DNA of 64,000 nucleotides, taken from a virus. The stretch covers positions 32,001-96,000 of the IMG/VR virus record IMGVR_UViG_3300035698_031678, one strand, 5' to 3'. The notes under the pieces are model-generated. The model did not search any database, had not been told where the DNA came from, and saw only the letters and a program-made list of their open reading frames with translations. Positions 48,809-58,047 of the stretch are shown here, one piece after another. How positions within the stretch are numbered: position 1 is the first letter of the stretch; each line of letters starts with the position of its first letter. A program made the position numbers and the translations under genes.

Positions 48809-48810
48809 TT

Positions 48811-49317
48811 ATGGTGCTTAAAGAAATTGAAGAATTAGCAGATTTTTTTGACCATTTTGATGATGAAACTAAAAGGGCTAGAGATAATAAGGTAACCATC
48901 TTAGAATCTGAAATTAGCAAAGTTTTATTAGAAAAAATACACCAGGTGATACTAGATGAATTCAGTATCGTCTTTTTCAAAAACAGGATTAGAATGCTAT
49001 TTCTGACAGGTACTGGGGCTTTTCACGAGAAGAGATTAGGGTACATAATGTTAAAACATAAACATGTTGGCACTAATGAAAGCGCTGAAGACAAACTTAT
49101 AAGGTTAGGCAAGAATAAACCTTATGAGAATTCCATGTACGCCATATCATTGAAATTCTTAGATACTAAGATTAAAAGACTAGAAAAAGTATTATCTCTT
49201 ACTAATTATGGGAAACAGACCGTTAGTACTGGAATTATTGAAGAGAATAAAAATCTTAAGACTAAACTGAAAGAATACAAATACAGATTAGGACTTAAAG
49301 AGCAAAAATCAAAATAA
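48811..49317 (+). CDS. hypothetical protein
   Basis: Likely start MVLKEIE, non-overlapping. Confidence 0.55.
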   Translation: MVLKEIEELADFFDHFDDETKRARDNKVTILESEISKVLLEKIHQVILDEFSIVFFKNRIRMLFLTGTGAFHEKRLGYIMLKHKHVGTNESAEDKLIRLGKNKPYENSMYAISLKFLDTKIKRLEKVLSLTNYGKQTVSTGIIEENKNLKTKLKEYKYRLGLKEQKSK

Positions 49318-49318
49318 C

Positions 49319-49858
49319 ATGGTAACTAACTTAGAAGAGCTAAAACGATTTTTAGAAGGAAAGGGAATAAAACTTAAAGTACTTAGGACTGATGAATTTC
49401 TTTCTATAGACGAAATAACATTCAAGTACTTTGATGGAAACAGATTTCTATCGATAAGAGGAATGGGATCTAACAAGCTGCAAGTTTTAAAAAAAGAAAG
49501 TACTGCTATAAACAAGGAAGAAGCTGAGACTAATAAAGAAAAAAAGATATTGCTGAAAGTAAAGTCTTTGTTAGAATCTGAAGTTCAAGATGGAGAACCA
49601 ACTCTAAGACATTACAACGAACTTGTGGAATCAAGAAAATTAATGTCAAATCTGGTAGAAAAATGTGAATCAATAAGAGAGCTTTATCACCAAAATTGCG
49701 TTACAGCAGTACCAGGTAGAGTTAGAATAGAGTATTTAGGTGTTTACATTTCAGTAGACACTGAAAGAAGAATATTCATAAAAAGTGATGGAAACATTAA
49801 TCTTTCAGAAAGCCTAGAAGACATAACAACAATGGTAGAAAACATAAAAAATGCTTAG
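49319..49858 (+). CDS. hypothetical protein
   Basis: 179-aa ORF. Confidence 0.55.
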   Translation: MVTNLEELKRFLEGKGIKLKVLRTDEFLSIDEITFKYFDGNRFLSIRGMGSNKLQVLKKESTAINKEEAETNKEKKILLKVKSLLESEVQDGEPTLRHYNELVESRKLMSNLVEKCESIRELYHQNCVTAVPGRVRIEYLGVYISVDTERRIFIKSDGNINLSESLEDITTMVENIKNA

Positions 49859-50210
49859 TGTAAAACAAGGTCAGGGGATATACCTTGGGTTTTTTAGCAA
49901 AGATTGTCATTCATTTTCTATTAAAAAAAGTTATCTTAATTACTACTTTGGTAAAGAAGAGAATGAATTGGATCTTAGCATTTACTGTTCGTGTTTACTT
50001 TCTTATGAAGGCAGTTTAATGAAAGCCTTACTAAATGCGGAAAGATGGCTATCGTATAGTGATGGATTATTTTGGGATTATGAAGAAGAAAATTATTCTT
50101 TGGAAGACCCTATAGATTCATTTAAGTCTTTAGCGTTTGCTAATGACATAAACATTGATGGAATTGACGAAGATTCTGTAGCACACATAGTGTTAATAAA
50201 AACTAATTGA
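49851..50210 (+). CDS. hypothetical protein
   Basis: 119-aa ORF. Confidence 0.55.
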   Translation: MLSVKQGQGIYLGFFSKDCHSFSIKKSYLNYYFGKEENELDLSIYCSCLLSYEGSLMKALLNAERWLSYSDGLFWDYEEENYSLEDPIDSFKSLAFANDINIDGIDEDSVAHIVLIKTN

Positions 50211-50214
50211 AATT

Positions 50215-50562
50215 GTGACAGAATTTAGCATAAAAAGATCTTTAAAAGATCACTATTTATTTGAATATCCAATAAAACAATTGATAGAAACCTTTGTACT
50301 TTTATTCAAACAAGAAAAGCAAGAACTTGTAAGACAATTTGAAAACAGATTAGAACCTATTTATGGTGAACAAAATTTTAGTAGTACTGTCTTTAATATA
50401 AGCGATATAATTGTTTTTAAATATTTCAATGATAGATTAACCTTTGCTGATAAAGCCTTTATCAGATGTGAAAAATTCAAAGAATATCCATTTTCAAATA
50501 AAATTAATGATTTAGAAGAGGGTCAACATCATGATAGAAGAAAACGTAATAAAGGGGTATAG
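50215..50562 (+). CDS. hypothetical protein (GTG start)
   Basis: 115-aa ORF. Confidence 0.5.
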   Translation: MTEFSIKRSLKDHYLFEYPIKQLIETFVLLFKQEKQELVRQFENRLEPIYGEQNFSSTVFNISDIIVFKYFNDRLTFADKAFIRCEKFKEYPFSNKINDLEEGQHHDRRKRNKGV

Positions 50563-50743
50563 ATATTTGGTGCAACTAAGTATAAAACAAGACCATTTTA
50601 TGTTAAATATGTGGGATTACATAGAAAGTATAAAAACATTAGAAGAAGCGAATTCATTATGTGATGGACTGTTTGACAAAACGGTGCATAAATTACAATT
50701 AGTTGACTTGGAGAAAGATGAAATTATTAAAACCTGGACTTAG
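50531..50743 (+). CDS. hypothetical protein
   Basis: 70-aa ORF. Confidence 0.5.
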   Translation: MIEENVIKGYRYLVQLSIKQDHFMLNMWDYIESIKTLEEANSLCDGLFDKTVHKLQLVDLEKDEIIKTWT

Positions 50744-50785
50744 CGCCTTAATTATTTATAAAATCACGAATTAAAACCAATCAGA

Positions 50786-51331
50786 ATGAGTAAAAAAGCG
50801 GTTATATTAAAAGGACATATATGGACTGTAACTAAGCTAAAGTATCTCATAAAAAATGATGAGAGAGTATTAGAAAGGGCTATGATAAAAATAGAATCTA
50901 GGCAAACAGATAGAGAATCTAAATACCATAGCACAAGTAACGCTAATGGAGTTGGTTTTTCAAAATTTGATGCAAAACCCATGGGTGACATTGTTAAAGC
51001 CATGAAAGAGGGTAGAACTAGTATGCCAGAGCAGTGGAATCATGCTAAGAACACAATGCCAAAATATGCTAGTCAGCTTTTTAAAATGATGATAGAGGAT
51101 AACAACCTGACACAATTTCCTTTACCCATAGAGGACAACATAGTAAAGTCCTTAGATTATTGTTCTGCTTTATATGATTTAGTAGAACTCTATGGTGAAG
51201 GCATAGAATTTGCGTCATTGTTAAAACAGACTTCAGCAACTAAAAGAAATTTAGACAAAGCTGTAAACTTGCTAACATTACAAGGTAAGGTGTCAAGGAT
51301 AGGCACAAAAATAGTAGCAACAACTAAGTAA
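50786..51331 (+). CDS. conserved phage protein with C-terminal wHTH-like domain
   Basis: RQT..E....T...NGVGFSKFDA...KYASQL motif seen in many phages. Confidence 0.6.
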   Translation: MSKKAVILKGHIWTVTKLKYLIKNDERVLERAMIKIESRQTDRESKYHSTSNANGVGFSKFDAKPMGDIVKAMKEGRTSMPEQWNHAKNTMPKYASQLFKMMIEDNNLTQFPLPIEDNIVKSLDYCSALYDLVELYGEGIEFASLLKQTSATKRNLDKAVNLLTLQGKVSRIGTKIVATTK

Positions 51332-51333
51332 TG

Positions 51334-51446
51334 TGACATTCAGTCATAAGAAGTCATAAAATTAATAGTGACGTCATATTCTTTTGACAAAAAGTCATAA
51401 GTAATTGTATTTATGTTCTTCTTAAAAATTTCAATTTCAATATGAC
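51334..51446. promoter_or_regulatory. array of GTCATA/TGAC boxes (operator- or iteron-like)
   Basis: GTCATA at 51343, 51353, 51373 and 51394, inverted TATGAC at 51441. Confidence 0.55.
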
Positions 51447-51517
51447 GTAAATACAAAACGGAACGATTTTTGAAAAGAAAATTTTGGAGATAATTCCGAA
51501 AATTTAAACAAACAATT

Positions 51518-51823
51518 ATGGCAACTAGAGAAATCACAAAAGTAACACTACAAAACTCGATAGGAGAAAGAGGAGTTACAATCTTTAATCAGTACAACAA
51601 TGACTCAAGTGACAACAGTTCAAAATTCTACAGAGATCCAGAAGAGGCTCTTTCTGCAGTAAGCAAAACACTAGAAGGTAGCATTTACTTTCCTTGTAAT
51701 TGCAAAGGATATAACATTATAAGTTTTTTAGAAGATGGAGAAAAATTAGAAACTTTCATGGAAAAAGATAAACTAAAAGAATTCGTTGCCATTTTCCAGA
51801 AAAATAGTAAAGATATTCTATAA
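51518..51823 (+). CDS. hypothetical protein
   Basis: 101-aa ORF with A-rich leader. Confidence 0.6.
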   Translation: MATREITKVTLQNSIGERGVTIFNQYNNDSSDNSSKFYRDPEEALSAVSKTLEGSIYFPCNCKGYNIISFLEDGEKLETFMEKDKLKEFVAIFQKNSKDIL

Positions 51824-51878
51824 ACTTCCTACTAATAGTAGATTTCCAAGAAACAACAAAAACATTAAAACGAACGCA

Positions 51879-52049
51879 ATGAAAACATTTGAACTTACAA
51901 TATTTAAAGGAAACGAAAGAAAACAAACAAAGACAGTTAAAGTAAGTAGTCAAGAGGATTTAAAAGCTCAAAAAAATGGGTTTTGGTTGGAGTCACCTTA
52001 TAATAAAGCGAATCCAAAAAACTGGATGGGAACAAAAAGAATAAGATAA
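51879..52049 (+). CDS. small basic hypothetical protein
   Basis: MKTFELTIFKG..., 56 aa, ATG with A-rich leader. Confidence 0.55.
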   Translation: MKTFELTIFKGNERKQTKTVKVSSQEDLKAQKNGFWLESPYNKANPKNWMGTKRIR

Positions 52050-52081
52050 AAAGATTTTAACAACCCCTTTAAAACTAAAAT

Positions 52082-54118
52082 ATGGAAATAGTAAAAACTA
52101 AAAGTTCTCTCAAGTCAAAGAAAGAAGGTTTGAGAGATTACCAAGTCGAAGATAAAAAAAGCATATTAGAAGCGTTAAAAGCGCACCAATCAATAATTTA
52201 TTCTCTGCCTACTGGTGGTGGTAAAAGCGTTGTAGCTGCTGATCTGATAGATGATTACGTAAAAGAGGGTAAAAGAATATTCTTCACAGTACACAGAAGA
52301 AAGCTTCTTAAGCAAATGCAGTCTCATTTAGACAGTAAGAACATTGAGTCTGGTTTCTTATACGGTAAAGACACAAGTGTGTTAGACAAGCAAGTTGCTA
52401 TGGGTTCTATAAACACTGCACAAAGATCTGACAGATTGTTTCTTATAGCTGACCAAAAATATGACGTACTTTTCATAGACGAAGCCCACAGAGCGATTTC
52501 TACTGGTTATAACAAACTGATAGAAGAAATGGTACTAGCAAACCCTGAAATAAAAATAATAGGTCTTACTGCTACACCATACAGACTAGATAAAAAAGAC
52601 CTTTCTAAAAACTTCCAACTGATAGTAGAGTCACAGGAAACAACAGAAACTCTTATACAGAAAGGTTACTTAGCAAACTATAGAATTTATTCAACACCTA
52701 CCCACTTATTCAATAACGAAGTAGAGACTAATTCTAATGGAGATTTTAGAATGAGTCAGATGTCTCAATACATGAGAAAGAAAGAACTCATGGATTACGC
52801 AATAGAGAGCTATAAAAGGTATGCTGACAATAAGCAAATGTTGGTGTACTGTGTTGATGTTGACCATGCTAGAGCAACTGTTAATTCTTACGTAGAAGCT
52901 GGGTATACTAGTATTGATATTATTACTGGTAAAACACCAGAAGGGAAAAGAAACCAACTATATGACAACTTTGAGTCAGGTGATCTAAGAATACTAGTTT
53001 CAGTAGAGACTATGACAGAAGGTGTAGACTTACCAATGTGTAGTGTAATTCAGTCTCTAAGACCTACCAAATCTCTTACACTTTACTTACAGATGATTGG
53101 TAGAGGAATGAGACCTTACGGTGATGAAGAGCTAATAATACTAGACAATTCCATGAACTATTCTAGGTTAGGTACACCTATTACTAAGAGAGAATGGAGT
53201 CTAAGCTCTGAAAAATCAGGTAAAACTGTTAAAGACAAGTCAAAAGTGCTGGTTAAAATAGGTGATGATGGGAAATATCACATAGCAGATGAAGCTGAAG
53301 ATGTTGATTTTGGTCAAATAATAGAAATGGATTTTGGAGCGTTATCAGAGCAAAGCAGTGCAATGATAGAATTAGCCGAAAAGAGTAACAAAAACGTAAT
53401 TAGTAAGCACCAAGGAGAAATCGCAGACTTGGTTATTTGGATTATGAAAGGTTCTGACCAATACGAAAATTGGAAAATAGATAAGGAGTACCTTAAGCAA
53501 CACCTAACATATTCTAGTGGTTACCATCTTAACAAAATAAAGTTTATTAGAGCTGACAAGAACAGTCAAAACTTGAGTAGCGCTGCATTATATTTTAATT
53601 TTAATGAGGGCTTAGCTAGGTTGGAAATAAACCTACAACAGCAATACCATCCAGAATATTCTGAAGAACTAAGAGTTACAGCAGATTATGGAAAAATTGC
53701 AGGCTTCATCTACAAAGAAAGAAAGCATATTTCCAAAAAAGTAATAAGAATAGCAGAAAAGAAAACAGAAGTTACAGACTTACAAGCTATGAAGCAAAAG
53801 ATGAGGGAAAATAAGGAAGCTATGAATGAGAAGAAAATTGCTGACGCCATAGAACAAGGCAAAAGCATAAAGCTAATGGAAAAATTCAATCCATCCTTTT
53901 ATAACTCTGCTAAGTACAACTCTAATTGGTTTACAGAGGTTATTATAAGGTTCAACAACCAATCTACCTTACTAGTGAAAAACAGGGTTTCTATATTCGG
54001 AATAGACACATCTTGGTACAATAGAGAAAGTGAAGAACAAAAGTTAATAATAGAGACTAACTACATGCCAAAAGAAAGATTAATGGAAATCATAAAATCA
54101 GGATATGAAATTATTTAG
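52082..54118 (+). CDS. superfamily 2 DNA helicase (RadD/UvsW-like)
   Basis: LRDYQ, PTGGGKS, DEAH, TATP, TEGVDLP, QMIGRGMR. Confidence 0.92.
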   Translation: MEIVKTKSSLKSKKEGLRDYQVEDKKSILEALKAHQSIIYSLPTGGGKSVVAADLIDDYVKEGKRIFFTVHRRKLLKQMQSHLDSKNIESGFLYGKDTSVLDKQVAMGSINTAQRSDRLFLIADQKYDVLFIDEAHRAISTGYNKLIEEMVLANPEIKIIGLTATPYRLDKKDLSKNFQLIVESQETTETLIQKGYLANYRIYSTPTHLFNNEVETNSNGDFRMSQMSQYMRKKELMDYAIESYKRYADNKQMLVYCVDVDHARATVNSYVEAGYTSIDIITGKTPEGKRNQLYDNFESGDLRILVSVETMTEGVDLPMCSVIQSLRPTKSLTLYLQMIGRGMRPYGDEELIILDNSMNYSRLGTPITKREWSLSSEKSGKTVKDKSKVLVKIGDDGKYHIADEAEDVDFGQIIEMDFGALSEQSSAMIELAEKSNKNVISKHQGEIADLVIWIMKGSDQYENWKIDKEYLKQHLTYSSGYHLNKIKFIRADKNSQNLSSAALYFNFNEGLARLEINLQQQYHPEYSEELRVTADYGKIAGFIYKERKHISKKVIRIAEKKTEVTDLQAMKQKMRENKEAMNEKKIADAIEQGKSIKLMEKFNPSFYNSAKYNSNWFTEVIIRFNNQSTLLVKNRVSIFGIDTSWYNRESEEQKLIIETNYMPKERLMEIIKSGYEII

Positions 54119-54347
54119 AATTTTTTTAAGAGATGGAACAACAAAACTTAAGAAGTTTTTAAACTCCACAGAACTAATGTTAGAATACAAAGGAGACATA
54201 AACTACGGTTGGTATCAAACAGAGATAACCTTTAGTAAGGCAGTAGAAAACATAAAAATAAATAGACCAAATACTATTAATTATGCCGAACAAGTCGTTA
54301 AAAATAATAGCATTCTTGAACTCAGAAGGAAAGGGATGTATCAGTAG
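54105..54347 (+). CDS. hypothetical protein
   Basis: 80-aa ORF. Confidence 0.5.
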   Translation: MKLFRIFLRDGTTKLKKFLNSTELMLEYKGDINYGWYQTEITFSKAVENIKINRPNTINYAEQVVKNNSILELRRKGMYQ

Positions 54348-54675
54348 CAAAAAATTCAGAAGTAGCGTTAATAATAGCCTTTACGTTTATGACAAACAAA
54401 AAGATCCTTTGTTGGTAAAAGAATACAGCGCTAGCGATAACCTTGGCATATCAACACCAGAAATACATGTTATGGATTCTGGTAGAGACGTATTTTCAAT
54501 GATTGGTAATGCTATCGACTTAACTTCACTAAATTCTTTTATAAGAAAAGATTCCGCTACTAAAAGACTGAAAGAAGTTTCCACTATAGCTGTAGAAGAA
54601 CCAAAAGAGGAGGTTGAAGAGAAAACCACTAAAAAGGCTTACTCTGGGAGACGAAAGAGGAGTAACAAAAAATAG
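54283..54675 (+). CDS. hypothetical protein (start uncertain)
   Basis: 130-aa ORF overlapping the previous ORF by 65 nt. Confidence 0.45.
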   Translation: MPNKSLKIIAFLNSEGKGCISSKKFRSSVNNSLYVYDKQKDPLLVKEYSASDNLGISTPEIHVMDSGRDVFSMIGNAIDLTSLNSFIRKDSATKRLKEVSTIAVEEPKEEVEEKTTKKAYSGRRKRSNKK

Positions 54676-54692
54676 AAACCAGAAACCATTCT

Positions 54693-54733
54693 TTTTTTAG
54701 CGCATTTTTTATTTGCAAAAATGCGCTAAAAAA
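54693..54733. promoter_or_regulatory. 17-bp perfect inverted repeat just upstream of the ligase start
   Basis: TTTTTTAGCGCATTTTT-TATTTGC-AAAAATGCGCTAAAAAA. Confidence 0.7.
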
Positions 54734-54740
54734 TATCACA

Positions 54741-56381
54741 ATGGGAGATAATAGGTACAGACTGATAAATGAATACGTTTCCACTATAAAAGATGCTGAA
54801 ATACAGTACAGATCTGGTACGCCAACTATAACCGACAAGAGTTTTGACGACCTGGTAGATAAACTAAGAGAGTTAGACCCTGGAAACCCAACCTTAGTAA
54901 AAATCATAGGAGAAGTTGTAAAAGGTAAAAAACATAAGTTATCAGTTAGAATGGGTAGCATGGACAAAATCAAGTCCTACGAATTCCTAGAAAAATGGAT
55001 AAAAACCAAAGACTTAGGAGAAACCGAAATGATAATAATGCCTAAGTTTGATGGTATTAGCGTTTTAGGTGATTGTGGGAAATTTTTTACTAGAGGTGAT
55101 GATGGTATAGAAGGGGTAGAAATAACCTCCAGGTACATGGCTACTAAAAACAATTATCAATTTCAACCAAATGATATTTTCAGAGGAGAACTGATAATAA
55201 AAAATTCTGAAACAAAAATTCTGAAAGAGTATGCCTCATTAAGATCAGCAGTAGTTGGTTTAATGAAAGGAGATAGTCCTATTCCAAGTTTGTTAAAATC
55301 TATAGAAATAGTTCCATTTGATCTATTTAGCAGTAACAACACCCTTAAGTCAGAAGACTTAGACTTTATGAAAAAATCTTCTACTAGCAATGTAATGGAG
55401 TATGAATTGCTTAAAGGGCGTAACATAAAATCAGACCATTTAGAAGAGCTTTTTAATAGATGGAATACGGTTTCACCAATAGATGGAATAATAATAGAGG
55501 TAAACAACAAGAAAACCAAAGAAGAATTAAGCTACAGAGAATCTAATGGTAACCCTTTAGGGGCGATAGCTTTTAAAAATGATTATGGTGAAAAGCAAAA
55601 TTCTGTAGTAACAGCTATAATAAGACAAGTTACTAAAAACGGTAGAATGATACCCATAGCTATAATTGATCCAGTAACTCTTCATGGTGACGTGGTTACT
55701 AGAGCCAACTTAGACAATGACAGATACGCTAAGAAAATAGGTATTGGTGTGGGTTCTAAGGTAGTTGTTAAGAAGAGTGGTAGTATAGTACCAAGGATAA
55801 GCCATATAGAAGGTGTTGATGTAGAAGATATAAAATCTGGCAAAGAAATTAATTCTTTTTGCAAATATGTAACTCCAGAACAGTTTAATAATGGTAGTTG
55901 GGTTTATGACAAAGAAAATATATTCTTTAATCAAAAGGTAGCTACAGAAGGTATGTTAAAAAAACAGCTACTACACTCTTTTAAGATTCTTAAGATAAAA
56001 CATATTGGGGATGCTAAAGTGGAGGAACTATTTAAAATAGGCATCAATAGCTTGGATAAAGTTTTAGAAGCTGACATTAATAAAATTAGAACTATTGATA
56101 GTTGGAAAAACAAAACCATAACCAGGTATTTTGATGAACTAGAAGAAAAATTATCAAAAGCTAATCTAGCTCAATTTATGCATTCTACTGGAATGTTCGA
56201 AGGTATAGGAGAACATGCATTGTCTAAGATAATTAACAAAAAGGTTGATGAGGAGATAATTGACGTGGTGGGGGTTGGTGAACATGCCAGCCAAATTTAT
56301 AAAGAAAACATTGGTAGGTTCAATGAAGTTTACCTTGAGCATATAGCAAGAATCAACAATTTTGTTAAAGGCGGTTCTTGA
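54741..56381 (+). CDS. ligA: NAD-dependent DNA ligase (adenylation, OB and HhH domains)
   Basis: Y..G.P.ITD..FD domain Ia, MGSMDK, PKFDG, TRGD, RGE, IDGIII, AFK, HhH GIGE. Confidence 0.93.
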   Translation: MGDNRYRLINEYVSTIKDAEIQYRSGTPTITDKSFDDLVDKLRELDPGNPTLVKIIGEVVKGKKHKLSVRMGSMDKIKSYEFLEKWIKTKDLGETEMIIMPKFDGISVLGDCGKFFTRGDDGIEGVEITSRYMATKNNYQFQPNDIFRGELIIKNSETKILKEYASLRSAVVGLMKGDSPIPSLLKSIEIVPFDLFSSNNTLKSEDLDFMKKSSTSNVMEYELLKGRNIKSDHLEELFNRWNTVSPIDGIIIEVNNKKTKEELSYRESNGNPLGAIAFKNDYGEKQNSVVTAIIRQVTKNGRMIPIAIIDPVTLHGDVVTRANLDNDRYAKKIGIGVGSKVVVKKSGSIVPRISHIEGVDVEDIKSGKEINSFCKYVTPEQFNNGSWVYDKENIFFNQKVATEGMLKKQLLHSFKILKIKHIGDAKVEELFKIGINSLDKVLEADINKIRTIDSWKNKTITRYFDELEEKLSKANLAQFMHSTGMFEGIGEHALSKIINKKVDEEIIDVVGVGEHASQIYKENIGRFNEVYLEHIARINNFVKGGS

Positions 56382-56645
56382 GAAGGCAAAGTTTACTGTT
56401 TTACTAATTTTAGAGACGAAAAAATAGTAGCCTGGATAGAGGAAAACGGTGGGGAATACAAAAGTTCTATGAGTTCTAAAGTAACCCATCTTGTAACACC
56501 AAATGATTCCATGAGTAAAAAAGTGGAATCAGCAAAAAACAAAGGTATAGAAATAGTAAATAGGTTTAGTCTAGAGTATTACAAAGATACAAAGATAGAG
56601 ACCAAAACGATTGATGTATCTAACAGCGCTAACATGTTATTTTAA
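56382..56645 (+). other. in-frame BRCT domain of the ligase beyond a TGA stop
   Basis: Reading past TGA 56379-56381 gives EGKVYCFTNFRDEKIVAWIEENGGEYKSSMSSKVTHLV...SKKVESAKNKGIEIV (87 aa). Confidence 0.85.
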
Positions 56646-56654
56646 AACAAAAAG

Positions 56655-57032
56655 ATGGTATCATTTAGAGAGTACTTAGAAAGTAAAGTAAGGGAATGCA
56701 ATTCTAATGTTGGACAGGAAAGAGAAAGCTGGCTTTACAAAGATGTATTGGAAAAATATAACAAGGAGTTTCTTGTTTTGAAAAATCCAGAAGAAGGTGT
56801 ATCTTTCTTAAGATCTGTATATGGAGTAGGAGACAAACTTATTTTAGATGGAATACACGAAGTAAACTTAGTTAGCCAAACTTCTGGTAGATTGTATTCA
56901 GAGGTTAGAGGTAAGAGTGATACAGTTTGGTCTGTAATGACAGTAAGGCTTAGACCAAAATTCCTCAAAAATTATAGTATAAAAGAAACTGAAAAAAGTT
57001 TAATAGATTATTATATTGTTAATAAAAACTAA
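56655..57032 (+). CDS. hypothetical protein
   Basis: 125-aa ORF. Confidence 0.55.
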   Translation: MVSFREYLESKVRECNSNVGQERESWLYKDVLEKYNKEFLVLKNPEEGVSFLRSVYGVGDKLILDGIHEVNLVSQTSGRLYSEVRGKSDTVWSVMTVRLRPKFLKNYSIKETEKSLIDYYIVNKN

Positions 57033-57035
57033 AAA

Positions 57036-57386
57036 ATGAAAACAGAAATTCAATTATCAGATGAAGACAAAACTTTACTACTTAATGTTAGGTGGGGCAA
57101 TAACATCTATATCAACAACAACATATCTTCTAAAGGGATAGCAGAACATGTAACCGTTGGAACTATAGCTAGAATAGAAGGCAGTATTAAGTTTGCACTC
57201 ACTCAATTTGGAGAATATATTTTTAGTCTATTGGTGCTAAAAATGTGTGAAGAGATAAGAAAAGAATCATACTGCAGTATGATGTCTGCTAATAGCATGT
57301 TGGTAAAATACAATTATCGTTACAATGCTGCTTTGAGAGGAGTACTTAAAAAAGAATACCTAAAAACAGGGTCACTTGCTAAGTAG
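57036..57386 (+). CDS. hypothetical protein
   Basis: 116-aa ORF. Confidence 0.55.
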   Translation: MKTEIQLSDEDKTLLLNVRWGNNIYINNNISSKGIAEHVTVGTIARIEGSIKFALTQFGEYIFSLLVLKMCEEIRKESYCSMMSANSMLVKYNYRYNAALRGVLKKEYLKTGSLAK

Positions 57387-57870
57387 TGTCAAAAAGAAAC
57401 ATCTAATGGTAATTACTAAAAAACAAGAAAACAAGATAATAGACGACATTTTAAATCTTATACTTATAGAATTCAAAGGTAGAACTGATAAAGGTGGAAC
57501 ACATTACCTGGTACACATTTTACACGTTGCCTCTAAAGTACACAGGTTTGGTTGGGAGTACTATGCAGCTGCATTACTGCACGATCTAATTGAAGATACT
57601 GATTGGACTATTAGCTTGTTAAGAAAAGAATACCCCAGAATACCTATTAGCATAATATCTGCAGTAGAACTTCTCACCAAATGTGATGGAGTTGATTACG
57701 AAGAATACATAGATTCTATAACTTACAACAGAATTGCTAGAAAAGTTAAAGAGGCAGATCTAACTCACAATATGAACGTAATGAGGTTAAAGCAACTAAA
57801 ACCGAAAGATATTGTAAACCTGGAAAAATATAGGGTGGCGCTAGACAGAATAATAAAATTTAACCCATGA
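57376..57870 (+). CDS. HD-domain (p)ppGpp hydrolase-like protein (small alarmone hydrolase/Mesh1 family)
   Basis: DKGG..Y..H...VA, AALLHDLIEDT, VELLT, VK.ADL.HN. Confidence 0.85.
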   Translation: MLSSVKKKHLMVITKKQENKIIDDILNLILIEFKGRTDKGGTHYLVHILHVASKVHRFGWEYYAAALLHDLIEDTDWTISLLRKEYPRIPISIISAVELLTKCDGVDYEEYIDSITYNRIARKVKEADLTHNMNVMRLKQLKPKDIVNLEKYRVALDRIIKFNP

Positions 57871-58046
57871 TTTTAGGAGATAACGTATACCACAGATTCA
57901 GAATTGATAATGACAATAAAGTTATGGCTGGCTACAGCGGTATTGTTAGAGTTATAGAAAGCGGTATAAACGGTAGAATTGGAGTAGAAATAAATGGAGA
58001 AATTAGATTCTTCAGCAAAATAGATCTAGCAATAAAAAATAAATAA
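57867..58046 (+). CDS. small SH3/KOW-like protein, missing from ORF track
   Basis: MILGDNVY...GYSGIVRVIE...IGVEINGEIRFF, 59 aa, ATGA overlap, fills the gap exactly. Confidence 0.65.
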   Translation: MILGDNVYHRFRIDNDNKVMAGYSGIVRVIESGINGRIGVEINGEIRFFSKIDLAIKNK

Positions 58047-58047
58047 T

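Noticed and set aside
51340-51537. 65-aa minus-strand ORF over the GTCATA array
   Set aside because: Opposes the local gene direction, has a non-ATG start and covers a regulatory-looking region
56166-56489. 107-aa minus-strand ORF spanning the ligase end
   Set aside because: The + frame encodes recognisable HhH and BRCT sequence, so this is a shadow
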